Assembly: GCA_027459605.1 (NCBI GenBank)
Contig: DAIDHR010000004.1
Coordinates: 3,886-67,885, forward strand
Direction of reading: 5' to 3'
From: Alphaproteobacteria bacterium
GTDB taxonomy: Bacteria; Pseudomonadota; Alphaproteobacteria; UBA9655
DNA: 64,000 nt
Shown here: in pieces, positions 1 through 9,163 of the stretch
Layout of the letters: every line of letters starts with the position of its first letter
Position numbering within the stretch: position 1 is the first letter of the stretch
Made by a program: the position numbers and the translations under genes
The notes under the pieces: generated by a model
Seen by the model: only the letters and a program-made list of their open reading frames with translations
What the model was told of the DNA's origin: nothing
Databases searched by the model: none

Positions 1-522
1 CCATTTTTTTTCGATGGCAATATGAAAAAGGGTTTCCGGGTCGGCTTCAACCTGGAGCCACCGATTGCTGTGAAGCTCTGTATCCAACTGGCCTGGGCCC
101 CATCCCACATATCCCATCGCAAGAAGGCAGTCCTTCGGTCCATCTCCTTCTGCAATTGATTGAAGAACATCTAAAGTGGCCGTGAGGGAAATATGATGAC
201 CAAATTCAACAGTCCCAGCTTGTCTAAAATCATCAGAATGGAGGACAAAACCCCGTCCTGTATCAACAGGCCCTCCAAAATAAATAGGCAAATCCCGCCT
301 TATAGAGTCTTGCGGAAGGTTTAAATATTCTAAAAGCCCTTTGAGAGTTAGGTCTCCCAAATATTTGTTAACCACAATACCCATAGCCCCATTTGTATCG
401 TGGCCACAAATATAGATAACTGCCTTTTCATACCGAGGATCCTGCATGTGCGGCATGGCTAACAAAAATTGTCCTGTTAAATAACCAGAAAGATCTTGTT
501 TTGATTTTGTTTCTTCTGTCAT
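1..522 (-). CDS. YqgE/AlgH family protein (UPF0301), C-terminus runs off the window start
   Basis: Reverse translation from ATG at 520-522 gives MTEETKSKQDLSGYLTGQFLLAMPHMQDPRYEKAVIYICGHDTNGAMGIVVNK...GYVGWGPGQLDTEL. This is collinear with E. coli YqgE. The frame stays open to base 1, and the ORF is absent from the ORF track. Confidence 0.85.
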   Translation of the reverse strand, partial: MTEETKSKQDLSGYLTGQFLLAMPHMQDPRYEKAVIYICGHDTNGAMGIVVNKYLGDLTLKGLLEYLNLPQDSIRRDLPIYFGGPVDTGRGFVLHSDDFRQAGTVEFGHHISLTATLDVLQSIAEGDGPKDCLLAMGYVGWGPGQLDTELHSNRWLQVEADPETLFHIAIEKKW

Positions 523-563
523 AATACATTTATGACACAAGATAGGTTAAAAGTTCATTACAA

Positions 564-2348
564 ATGTTAGGATTTATGAAAATTTTCTTTAATCGGTTAA
601 CGGGGGGGGTTTTATTTCTCTTCCTTATTATTTCTTCCCTTCATGCTGTGGATAAAGCTCCCGTCAGCCTCAAATTAGTTCCAGGCGGAATAAAGGGGAG
701 TCATGTCTATGCAGGCCTGCTCATCTCAGTCCCTGAAAACTGGCATGTCTATGCTCCAAGCCCTCAGGGAGAAGAAGGAGCCGGATTTGAGCCTAACCTT
801 ACGTGGGATCAATCTTCAAACCTTCAAGATGTTAAAATTTTATGGCCCCCTGCCCATAAGACTGAAATCCAAGAGCAGCTCTCTTATGTATATGAGGGAA
901 AAACTCTTGTCCCTCTTGAGATCACACCAAACAACATAACAGATCCTGTTACCCTAAACTTAAAAGTTTCCCTTCTTGCTTGCTCATCTCTTTGTATTCC
1001 TATCGAAGAAACCCTGTCCCTTGTATTGTCCCCTACGGATAAAGCGGATCAAGTTCTCACAGCTGCTAAAAGTTGGGAAAAATCTTATGAAGGACTTTCA
1101 CTCTCAAGCCTGCTTCTTATTGCCTTATTGGGAGGGTTTATTTTAAATTTCATGCCCTGTGTTCTTCCTGTTTTATCCTTAAAAATCATGTCATTAATAA
1201 AACAGTCCAAAAAGGACCACGCAGCCCATGCACGGCAAGGTTTCTTTATCACAGGCCTTGGTATTCTTACATCTTTTTTTCTCCTAGCTCTTTTAACGGT
1301 TATCTTAAAAGAATCAGGCGAAGCCTTTGGGTGGGGAATTCATTTTCAGAACCCTCACTTTTTGCTCTTTGTTTTTCTTGTCCTAATAGCTTTTTCTGCA
1401 AGTCTTTTAGGTATTTTTGAAATTGACCTTCCTGCAGGCCTTGGCACATGGCTTGTCAGTCATGAGGGGAAAGGAAAGATAAAGGATTTCATCTCAGGAG
1501 TCTTTGCGACCCTCCTTGCAACTCCCTGTTCAGCTCCCTTTGTTGGCACAGCCCTCAGCTTTGCTCTTGCCCGAGATATCAAGGATATTTTTTTCGTTTT
1601 CTTTTTCTTAGGATTTGGGTTTGCTTTTCCTTATTTTTTGGTTGCTTCCCTTCCCCAGCGTTTTTTGATTCTTCCTAAGCCAGGACGATGGATGGTCTGG
1701 ATTCAAATGATTCTTGGTTTAATTTTGGCCTTAACGGCACTTTGGATCGGATGGATTTTGAGTTTTCATCTTTCCCTTTGGATCTTATTGTTGAGCACAG
1801 TCTTAGCCCTTGCTGCTCTTACTCTATTTTGGATCAAGTATCATATAAGACCTTCTCTTAAAGCCTGGATATTTGCAGGGCCCCTTTTTCTCATTGCTTG
1901 GGGTCTTTTTTGGGTATTTCCAAGCGAAAATATCAGCCCTTCGCAAAAGTTTTCAGGGTCATCGGCAACCCTTGAAATTTGGCAACCTTTCGAGCCTGAT
2001 GCTATTTCGACACTTGTAAATCAAGGTAAGATTGTCTTTGTCGACGCAACGGCAGAATGGTGTGTCACGTGTGCTGTTAATAAGGCCTTAGTCTTGAATG
2101 AACCCCATATCACAAGTCTACTAACGCGATCAAACGTCATCGCGATGAAAGCGGACTGGACAAAACAGGATCCGAAAATTACCCAATTCCTTCATAAGCA
2201 TGGGCGCTATGGAATCCCCTTTAACATTGTCTTTGGTCCTAAAAATCCACAAGGGATTGCCCTCCCTGAAATCCTCACAATCGGAGCCGTGCAGGAGGCC
2301 TTTGAAAAGGTAGGATTAAACCCAACAAAAAGCGAGGTAACAAAATGA
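564..2348 (+). CDS. DsbD/ScsB-like thiol:disulfide interchange protein (N-terminal periplasmic domain, DsbD transmembrane core, C-terminal thioredoxin domain)
   Basis: Signal peptide is present. The membrane core carries the cysteine motifs FMPCVLPV and TPCSAPF. The C-terminal thioredoxin motif is WCVTC. Start could be 564 or 576. Confidence 0.85.
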   Translation: MLGFMKIFFNRLTGGVLFLFLIISSLHAVDKAPVSLKLVPGGIKGSHVYAGLLISVPENWHVYAPSPQGEEGAGFEPNLTWDQSSNLQDVKILWPPAHKTEIQEQLSYVYEGKTLVPLEITPNNITDPVTLNLKVSLLACSSLCIPIEETLSLVLSPTDKADQVLTAAKSWEKSYEGLSLSSLLLIALLGGFILNFMPCVLPVLSLKIMSLIKQSKKDHAAHARQGFFITGLGILTSFFLLALLTVILKESGEAFGWGIHFQNPHFLLFVFLVLIAFSASLLGIFEIDLPAGLGTWLVSHEGKGKIKDFISGVFATLLATPCSAPFVGTALSFALARDIKDIFFVFFFLGFGFAFPYFLVASLPQRFLILPKPGRWMVWIQMILGLILALTALWIGWILSFHLSLWILLLSTVLALAALTLFWIKYHIRPSLKAWIFAGPLFLIAWGLFWVFPSENISPSQKFSGSSATLEIWQPFEPDAISTLVNQGKIVFVDATAEWCVTCAVNKALVLNEPHITSLLTRSNVIAMKADWTKQDPKITQFLHKHGRYGIPFNIVFGPKNPQGIALPEILTIGAVQEAFEKVGLNPTKSEVTK

Positions 2349-2827
2349 TAAAAATTGGCGATAGGATCCCTTCAGTTTCCTTAAAGAGGCTTACTCCATC
2401 AGGAATTGAAGACGTTCTCCTCAAGGACAAAATAAAGGGGAAAAAGGTTATTCTTTTTGCTGTCCCTGGAGCCTTTACACCAACTTGCTCAAATATTCAT
2501 CTTCCAAGCTTTTTGAAACAAGCAAATGCCTTAAAAGAAAAAGGAATTGATGAGATTATTTGTGTAGCTGTCAATGATCCTTATGTTTTAGATGTTTGGG
2601 GAAAGGTTACCCACGCTCATGGCAAAGTCACCCTTCTCTCCGACGGAAATGGTGAGTTTACGAAAGAGATGGGCCTTCTCCTCGATGCAAAAGGGCATGG
2701 ATTAGGACTCAGGTCCCAAAGGTACGTTGCTCTCATAGAGGATGGAGTCATTAAGTCTCTTCAGGTCGAAGAAAATCCTGCAAATTGTACAATTACGTGT
2801 GCAGATGAGATTGTAAAAAATCTTTAA
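2345..2827 (+). CDS. Peroxiredoxin, Prx5-like (AhpC/TSA family)
   Basis: Carries the [12 protein letters not shown] peroxidatic-Cys motif and is 160 aa. ATGA overlap with the upstream dsbD-like gene suggests an operon. Confidence 0.9.
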   Translation: MIKIGDRIPSVSLKRLTPSGIEDVLLKDKIKGKKVILFAVPGAFTPTCSNIHLPSFLKQANALKEKGIDEIICVAVNDPYVLDVWGKVTHAHGKVTLLSDGNGEFTKEMGLLLDAKGHGLGLRSQRYVALIEDGVIKSLQVEENPANCTITCADEIVKNL

Positions 2828-3248
2828 TGGCCTGACGCGCAAGGCTATCCGCCCTCTCATTTTCAGGATGTCCAACATGGCCCCTCACCCAATGCCATTC
2901 GACATGATGGTGTTGAATAAGTTCATCCAATTGTTCCCAAAGATCTTGGTTTTTCACTGGCTTTTTGTTAGACGTGCGCCAATTGTTTTTCTTCCATTGG
3001 AAAAGCCACTTTGTTACCCCATCCCGGAGATACTGACTATCTGTAAAAAGATCAACCTCCATCGGTCGTTTTAAAGCTTTTAGCCCTTCTATGGCGGCTT
3101 GCAGTTCCATCCGGTTATTCGTTGTTGAGGGATGAAAACCTGAGAGTTCCTTTTCCACACCTTTGTATCGCAGAATTAAGCCCCACCCACCAGGACCCGG
3201 ATTTCCTTGGCATGCACCATCCGTATAAATTTCAACTTTTTCTGCCAC
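2793..3248 (-). CDS. rnhA: Ribonuclease HI
   Basis: N-terminus [19 protein letters not shown]. Also contains TNNRMEL, FTDSQY and [17 protein letters not shown]. All are typical RNase H1 motifs. Confidence 0.95.
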   Translation of the reverse strand: MAEKVEIYTDGACQGNPGPGGWGLILRYKGVEKELSGFHPSTTNNRMELQAAIEGLKALKRPMEVDLFTDSQYLRDGVTKWLFQWKKNNWRTSNKKPVKNQDLWEQLDELIQHHHVEWHWVRGHVGHPENERADSLARQAIKDFLQSHLHT

Positions 3249-3342
3249 ATGGCCTCCTTCTCTTCAGGAAAGTGCCACAGATAATTCAATCTTGTCGAGA
3301 GCCTCTTCCTTCGTTAGGGTTGAGAAAAGAAAGGAGATTTTT

Positions 3343-3588
3343 ATGACGTTACCCCACTGTGCTCAGGCTAACCCTTATGAAATTGACCTTGAAGAAGGAC
3401 AAAAATATTATTGGTGTGCCTGTGGCTTAAGTCAAAAACAGCCTTTTTGTGATGGGAGTCATAAAGGATCTGGCCTTAAATCCCATTGTTTTACGGCAGA
3501 GGCCTCTCGAAAGGTATGGTTTTGTGGCTGTAAGCAAACCAAAAATCCTCCCTTTTGCGATGGAAGTCACGGTGAAATTAACCAATGA
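3343..3588 (+). CDS. CDGSH-type iron-sulfur domain protein (two CDGSH motifs)
   Basis: Two copies of C-x-C-x(n)-PFCDGSH. AAGGAG lies 6 nt upstream of ATG 3343. The track ORF start at 3292 is probably too early. Confidence 0.85.
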   Translation: MTLPHCAQANPYEIDLEEGQKYYWCACGLSQKQPFCDGSHKGSGLKSHCFTAEASRKVWFCGCKQTKNPPFCDGSHGEINQ

Positions 3589-4085
3589 AAAATTACGTTT
3601 CTTTTCTTTTTTGTCTTTTACTCATGGGGTGCTCTCTACACTCCGAAAAAGTCCCTTGTCCCCACGCCGTTATCCTTGCAGAGTTTTCAAAAACTATGGA
3701 AATTCAAAGCAAGGTCCCCATCCGCACGGAAATGGATAGCCTTCGCCCCGTTTGTGAGAGGCGAGGAGACGATATTTCCGTAAACTTGCGACTTCGGACA
3801 ACAAGCTTTAGACCGCTTACAACATTCAATACTCATTTAAAACTCAGGCCTTCCTTCTTTGTGGCTGTTGTAGATGAGAAAGGAAATATCCTATCTCGCA
3901 CCAACCATAATCTTGACGTCACCTTTGAAGAAAAACAAACCACCCACGTTAATTTTGTCCAGATTCAAGAAAATGTTCCTACAAGAAAGGAAGTTGCCAT
4001 TTATGTCGGGTTTAATCTTGATGAGACCCAGCATAATTTTTTTCAAAAAGAACGACTTAAAAAACTTCATGATAACAGGACTTAA
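3585..4085 (+). CDS. Hypothetical lipoprotein
   Basis: Lipobox LLMGC at the N-terminus. ATGA overlap with the CDGSH gene. No family recognised. Confidence 0.6.
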   Translation: MKNYVSFLFCLLLMGCSLHSEKVPCPHAVILAEFSKTMEIQSKVPIRTEMDSLRPVCERRGDDISVNLRLRTTSFRPLTTFNTHLKLRPSFFVAVVDEKGNILSRTNHNLDVTFEEKQTTHVNFVQIQENVPTRKEVAIYVGFNLDETQHNFFQKERLKKLHDNRT

Positions 4086-4500
4086 CCATCTTTCTATAGC
4101 AGTCCGTAATTTACCTGTTTCTTTTAAGTTCTATAAAGATATCTTGGGTTTTAAGCCCTTGTGCCGTTGGTCAAAAGGAACTTACCTTCTAGCAGGCGAT
4201 TTGTGGTTTTGCCTTTTCGAAGACCTAAAGGCTTCTCCTGGGCAGGGGTATACACATTTTGCTTTTAATGTTTCACGTGAAACATTTCCAAAATTTATAG
4301 ATCGGCTAAAGAAAGCTAAGGTTCACCTATGGAAAGAAAATATTTCAGAGGGAGATTCTGTCTACTTTCTTGATCCCGATGGGTACCAGTTAGAAATTCA
4401 TGTGGGAGACTGGAAGTCCCGACTTAGCCACAAAAAACAACACCCGTGGGAAGAAGTAGAATTTTTTGACCTCCCGTGTGACTCCGTTAAAAAATCCTAA
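4069..4500 (+). CDS. FosA-like VOC/glyoxalase-fold metalloenzyme (fosfomycin-resistance glutathione transferase family)
   Basis: MITGLNHLSIAV... and SEGDSVYFLDPDGYQLEIHVG align with FosA as I remember it. The metal ligands fall at the equivalent positions (His7, His63, Glu109). The N-terminal 65 aa of the track ORF overlap the lipoprotein gene and are rejected. Confidence 0.75.
   Translation: MITGLNHLSIAVRNLPVSFKFYKDILGFKPLCRWSKGTYLLAGDLWFCLFEDLKASPGQGYTHFAFNVSRETFPKFIDRLKKAKVHLWKENISEGDSVYFLDPDGYQLEIHVGDWKSRLSHKKQHPWEEVEFFDLPCDSVKKS
4269..4284. other. parS centromere-like site (perfect TGTTTCACGTGAAACA) inside the fosA-like CDS
   Basis: Exact 16-bp palindrome. It is identical to the two copies beside parAB/rsmG and is read as NVSRET in the CDS. 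Confidence 0.75.
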
Positions 4501-4514
4501 AGAACTTCTTTTCC

Positions 4515-5282
4515 TCAGGCTGCTTTATTTTGGTTTTTTTGTGCTCGTAAGGGCTGTGGTTCCCTCACAAGGCTTCGAATAATGCCACGTAAAGTCCTAA
4601 CCTCTTGATCAGTAAGTTGAGCTCTCTGGAAAATATTCCGAATGTTACGGACCATTGTAGGCCTTTTTTTCTTATGTCGTAAGAACCCGGTTCTATCCAA
4701 TTCTTCCTCGAGATGGGCAAAAAAATTACCCACATCTTCTCCGGTTGCAAGGTGGGTTGCCCCCGTTCTAAAAACCTGTGTTGGGCAAGAGGTAACCTGA
4801 AGAAACCATTCATAGGCAATTAAAACAACTGCATGGGCTATATTTAGGGATGAAAACCCAGGATTTGTCGGGATCTTAATGTGAGCCTCACATAAGGAAA
4901 GATCATCATTATGCAACCCACATCTTTCGCTGCCAAATAACACGCCAACTTTTTGACCCTCCTGTGCTGTCGATGCGAGGCTTTTAAGAGCGACATTAGG
5001 AGCATAGATAAATTTTACCATATCATGAGATCTGCAAGAGGTAGCAAAGATACGATTTAAATCAGCGATTGCTGTGTGGGTAGATGGGAAAACCTTAACA
5101 TTTTCAAGGACTTTATCAGCCCCGGCAGCGGGGGCTACAGCTTCCTGATTAGGCCATCCATCTCGGGGTCTTACAAGTCTTAAATCTGTAAGACCAAAAT
5201 TTAACATTGCCCTTGCGACGGCTCCAATATTCTGGCCGAGCTGGGGCTCGACAAGTATGATAGATAAAGTATTTTCGTCCAC
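4515..5282 (-). CDS. SpoU/TrmH-class RNA 2'-O-methyltransferase (TrmJ-like)
   Basis: N-terminus ILVEPQLGQNIGAVARAMLNFG, followed by FGSERCGL and the NIAHAV knot motifs. Confidence 0.8.
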   Translation of the reverse strand: MDENTLSIILVEPQLGQNIGAVARAMLNFGLTDLRLVRPRDGWPNQEAVAPAAGADKVLENVKVFPSTHTAIADLNRIFATSCRSHDMVKFIYAPNVALKSLASTAQEGQKVGVLFGSERCGLHNDDLSLCEAHIKIPTNPGFSSLNIAHAVVLIAYEWFLQVTSCPTQVFRTGATHLATGEDVGNFFAHLEEELDRTGFLRHKKKRPTMVRNIRNIFQRAQLTDQEVRTLRGIIRSLVREPQPLRAQKNQNKAA

Positions 5283-5291
5283 AAACCCTCA

Positions 5292-6653
5292 TTAATTATG
5301 ACGCCAAATAGTCCCTTGGGGAGTATCTTCTAGCAGAACCCCCGCTTTTAAAAGTTCCTGACGCACTTGATCAGCTTTAGCAAAGTCTTTGTGAGCCCTT
5401 GCCTTGTTCCGTGCCTCAATAAGAGATAAAATAGCAGATTCTTCAATCCCTGTCTTTCCCTTAAACCAATTTTCTGCATCTTCTTGTAGTAACCCAAGCC
5501 AAATACCGCTCGCTTTGAGTATAGACGCCCACTTATTTTTTTCATTTTCATGAATAGCCTTATGAACACGACTTGCTATATCGTGAAGGACTGAAATCGC
5601 TAAAGGTGTATTCAGATCATCTTCAAGTGCTGCCTTGATAGGCTCAAAAACAGGTTCTTCAACATTTAAGTCGCGCCCCCTAAAGGCATTATAAAGTCGA
5701 TCCAAACTTTGACGACTCTGTTGAACAACTTGATCATTCCAATCGAGAGGCTGCCGATAATGGGAAGATAAAAGGACAAAACGAACAATTTCCCCTTTCA
5801 TTTTTTTAAGAAGTTCGTGCATTGTTATAAAATTGCCCAAAGATTTGGACATTTTTTCCCCATTGACAGTTAACATTCCATTATGTAACCAAACGCGGGC
5901 AAACGTGTGGGGACCAAAACAAGCTTGAGTTTGGGCCATTTCATTTTCATGATGAGGAAAAATAAGATCTTGCCCTCCTCCATGAATATCAAATGTTTCC
6001 CCCAAATATTTCAAGGACATAGCAGAACACTCAATATGCCATCCAGGCCGTCCCACCCCCCAGGGACTTTCCCAACCCGGGATTCCTGTTTCAGAAGGCT
6101 TCCATAAAACAAAATCTTCAGGATCCTTTTTATAAGGCGCTACGTCAACACGAGCTCCAGCGATCATTTCTTCATGATTACACCGGGAAAGCTGACCATA
6201 GTAAGGAAAGCTTTTGACAGAAAAAAGGACATGACCATCGCTTACATAAGCATTACCTTTTTCAAGAAGGCAACTAATCATAGAGATCATTTCATTTACA
6301 TGAGCTGTGGCATGAGGCTCGACATCGGGAGGCAAATTGCCTAGAGCTTTCATATCTTCCCAAAAATAATGGCTGGTTCTTTTTGTCAGCTCATTAATTT
6401 CTTCCCCATTTTCTTTAGCCGCTTTAATTATTTTATCATCAATATCCGTAATATTGCGTGCATAAGTCACTTTCGGGTACATATTTCGCAAAAGACGATT
6501 GAGCACATCAAAAATAACGTATGGCCTTGCATTTCCTATATGAGCAAAATCATAAACCGTAGGACCACAGACATAAAGACGCACAGAGTTTGAATCCAAA
6601 GGAACGAAGGGTTCTTTTCTTCGGGTAAGGGTATTATATAAAATAAGTGCCAT
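5292..6653 (-). CDS. cysS: Cysteine--tRNA ligase
   Basis: Contains LYVCGPTVYDFAHIGNAR (HIGH region), the KMSKS motif and the WHIECS zinc site. Confidence 0.97.
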   Translation of the reverse strand: MALILYNTLTRRKEPFVPLDSNSVRLYVCGPTVYDFAHIGNARPYVIFDVLNRLLRNMYPKVTYARNITDIDDKIIKAAKENGEEINELTKRTSHYFWEDMKALGNLPPDVEPHATAHVNEMISMISCLLEKGNAYVSDGHVLFSVKSFPYYGQLSRCNHEEMIAGARVDVAPYKKDPEDFVLWKPSETGIPGWESPWGVGRPGWHIECSAMSLKYLGETFDIHGGGQDLIFPHHENEMAQTQACFGPHTFARVWLHNGMLTVNGEKMSKSLGNFITMHELLKKMKGEIVRFVLLSSHYRQPLDWNDQVVQQSRQSLDRLYNAFRGRDLNVEEPVFEPIKAALEDDLNTPLAISVLHDIASRVHKAIHENEKNKWASILKASGIWLGLLQEDAENWFKGKTGIEESAILSLIEARNKARAHKDFAKADQVRQELLKAGVLLEDTPQGTIWRHN

Positions 6654-6655
6654 CT

Positions 6656-8002
6656 TTATTGAGTCCTTGCAGTTTGAAGCCGATGAAGTACTTTGGGTCG
6701 GCCCATAAGGAGAATTAAATCTTTCAACTCTGGCCCATGTTCCTTCCCTGTAAGAGCCCGCCTTATGGGCATAAAAAGGTCTTTTCCCTTAAGACCTGTT
6801 TCTTCTTTGACATTATCAATCCAAGTTTTAAAGGTTAATTCCTCCCACGGTTCTGGCGGCAAATGGTGCTCAGCAACCTCTAAAAGGCTTTTATTTTCTA
6901 TAGCAAAAGCTTTATGGCCATAGCAAATGGTCCACCAATCTTTTATATCATGAAATTTCGTGATGTTTTGTTGAACAAGCGCCCAAAACTCAGGGGTTGC
7001 CCCGGAAATCATTAAACTTTCAAGACGTGCTTCTACTTGATCAAAAGAAAAAAGCTGAAGGATCTTTATATTCATCTGCCACAAATCTTCTGTATCAAGT
7101 TTTGGTGTAGCTCTTCCAAATTGCTGAATATCAAATTCCTTTAAAATTCCTTCTAAGTTGGCGTGAGGTGTAATTGGGCTTGATGTTCCTAATTTGGATA
7201 AAATACTATTGATTGCCATAGGCTCAAGCCCTTCTTTATTTAAATGCATTAGGCTAAGGCTACCCTCCCTCTTTGAAAGTCCTTCTCCTCGGCCTCCAGA
7301 GATAAGGGCCAGATGACCAAATTGAATAAAGGGTATTCCCCCTTTAAGGGCTTCCATGATTTGAATTTGGATAGCTGTGTTTGTAACATGATCTTCCCCT
7401 CGAATGATATGAGAAATGCCCATCTCAAGATCATCAACTGCTGTTGCAAGGGTAAAAACAGGCGTTCCATCTTCTCGAATCAAGATAGGATCACTCAGGA
7501 GCTCTCCTTGAAAAACAACTGCTCCGCGAACAAGATCGTTCCACCGAATCTCCCCTTTCTCCATTTTAAAGCGCCAGTGGGGTTTTCGACCTTCTTCTTT
7601 ATATTTATCAATTTGAGCCTCAGAAAGAGCCAAAGCTGCTCGATTATAAATAGGGGGCTTCCCCGAAGAAAGTTGAACCTTTCTCTGCAACTCAAGCTCT
7701 TCTGGGGTTTCATAACAAGGATAGAGTCTTCCTTGAGATTTGAGGACTTCAGCTGCCATTTCATATCGAGAGAGGCGATCTGACTGCCTAACCACTCTAT
7801 CAAAATCGAGCCCTAACCATAGAAGATCTTCTTGAATTTGAACGGCATATTTTTCCTGAGACCGCAAGGCATCAGTATCATCCAAGCGCAATATAAATTG
7901 CCCGCCAAGGCTCCGGGAAAATAACCAATTTATAAGAGCTGTCCTTGTATTCCCCAAATGGAGATAGCCCGTTGGGGAAGGTGCAAACCGCAGAATTGTC
8001 AT
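6656..8002 (-). CDS. gltX: Glutamate--tRNA ligase
   Basis: RFAPSPTGYLHLGNTRTA (HIGH region) and the KLSKR-type motif LSKREG. Start taken at ATG 8002. A TTG at 8026 is the alternative. Confidence 0.95.
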   Translation of the reverse strand: MTILRFAPSPTGYLHLGNTRTALINWLFSRSLGGQFILRLDDTDALRSQEKYAVQIQEDLLWLGLDFDRVVRQSDRLSRYEMAAEVLKSQGRLYPCYETPEELELQRKVQLSSGKPPIYNRAALALSEAQIDKYKEEGRKPHWRFKMEKGEIRWNDLVRGAVVFQGELLSDPILIREDGTPVFTLATAVDDLEMGISHIIRGEDHVTNTAIQIQIMEALKGGIPFIQFGHLALISGGRGEGLSKREGSLSLMHLNKEGLEPMAINSILSKLGTSSPITPHANLEGILKEFDIQQFGRATPKLDTEDLWQMNIKILQLFSFDQVEARLESLMISGATPEFWALVQQNITKFHDIKDWWTICYGHKAFAIENKSLLEVAEHHLPPEPWEELTFKTWIDNVKEETGLKGKDLFMPIRRALTGKEHGPELKDLILLMGRPKVLHRLQTARTQ

Positions 8003-8262
8003 AGGGATATGTATTTCGCTTTCCAAAAAAATTATATGTTAACTTTAATCCTATGGTATTATATAATTTAAGGAATTTTCAAGAAAGGGATGCGCTATTT
8101 TAAAACTAAATATGCTCATTCCAAGCCAAACCTTGAGAACAGTTTTCCCCATTGTTGTATCTTTGCAACTTTCGTAAAGATTTTTTTAAATTTTCCTTAA
8201 ATTTTTTTTAATCCCCCCAAAGACGTGGTATTAGATATTCTTGAAAACTTTCAAGAAAGGAT

Positions 8263-9012
8263 ATGAACATGAAGAAAGTTTCTTTACTTGCAATTCTTTT
8301 TGCAGCTACCACCACGAGTGGAGCATTTGCGACTGATGGAGTTCCTGCTGCTGGTTGTCCAAAAGCATTCCAAGGGTTCTACGTCAGTGGTAACATTGGT
8401 TATGATACCGGAGATGCTAAAGTAAAAGCATTTGAAAAAGTTGAAGGAGCTGATGACGTCGGTCTATTACGTCGCGACTTAGGCTCTAGAGGTGTTGATG
8501 GCGGTATCGGAGCGGGATATAACCTTCGTCTTGGAAATTCTCCCTGGGTACTCGGACTCGATTTTACCGCAAATTGGGCTAACACTAAAGGGAAAATGGT
8601 AGCACTTAGAAGCGATCTCGATGAGGACAACGTAGACGGACTTGCTGTACAGACAAAGCTTGAGAATTCTCTCCAACTTATGGGTAGGTTCGGATACGTA
8701 ATCTGCGAAAAAGTAATGCCTTTCGTTGGGCTTGGTTGGGAAAACGCTGCTTGGAAAACAAGAGTTGCGAAATTTGAGACAGGTGAGGATACAGTCGCCG
8801 CTCACAAAAGAAAGAGAATCAATGCTTTTGCTTGGAGAGCTGGTGTTGATTTCTTAATGACCAAACATGTCATCATGGGTCTTGAATATACAGGATCAGC
8901 AGGTGGTCGTGCAAAAGCATTCTTTGAGGATGAAGATACTGAAGAAGTCGTTGGTGCTCGCGTCAAACCACAAAACAACAAGTTTGCTCTGACAGTTAAG
9001 GTCATTTACTAA
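8263..9012 (+). CDS. Small beta-barrel outer membrane protein (OmpA-like TM / Omp25-opacity type)
   Basis: Signal peptide ending AFA. Alternating beta-strand pattern with a C-terminal aromatic residue (VKVIY). ATG 8269 has the better SD spacing. Confidence 0.8.
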   Translation: MNMKKVSLLAILFAATTTSGAFATDGVPAAGCPKAFQGFYVSGNIGYDTGDAKVKAFEKVEGADDVGLLRRDLGSRGVDGGIGAGYNLRLGNSPWVLGLDFTANWANTKGKMVALRSDLDEDNVDGLAVQTKLENSLQLMGRFGYVICEKVMPFVGLGWENAAWKTRVAKFETGEDTVAAHKRKRINAFAWRAGVDFLMTKHVIMGLEYTGSAGGRAKAFFEDEDTEEVVGARVKPQNNKFALTVKVIY

Positions 9013-9033
9013 GAACTTGTTTTCTAATTAAGA

Positions 9034-9058
9034 CCCCCGCTTATGCGGGGGTTTTTTT
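9034..9058 (+). terminator. Rho-independent terminator after the OMP gene
   Basis: Stem CCCCCGC, loop TTAT, stem GCGGGGG, followed by T7. Confidence 0.85.
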
Positions 9059-9163
9059 GTTCTGTACAAATTTATTCATGATATTGGTTATAAATCATTG
9101 CTCTCTCCTTCCCTTTTTTGAGAAATCCGGTAGTATATTCAGTACTGAGTTAACGAGGATGAG

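Noticed and set aside
602-609. G8 homopolymer in the signal-peptide coding region of the dsbD-like gene, a possible slipped-strand phase-variation tract.
   Set aside because: C7 and G7 runs also occur inside clearly essential or housekeeping genes here, for example ETF-QO around 47846 and phasin around 18187. The tract is therefore not distinctive, and there is no evidence of length variation from a single sequence.
703-939. Many short or antisense track ORFs nested in or opposite strong genes. Examples are 703-939, 7313-7783, 8479-8805, 35617-36152, 53162-53632, 55347-55769 and 58121-58597.
   Set aside because: Each overlaps a CDS with unmistakable family motifs in another frame or strand. 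They have low-complexity or biased composition and lack SD sequences, so I treat them as shadow ORFs.
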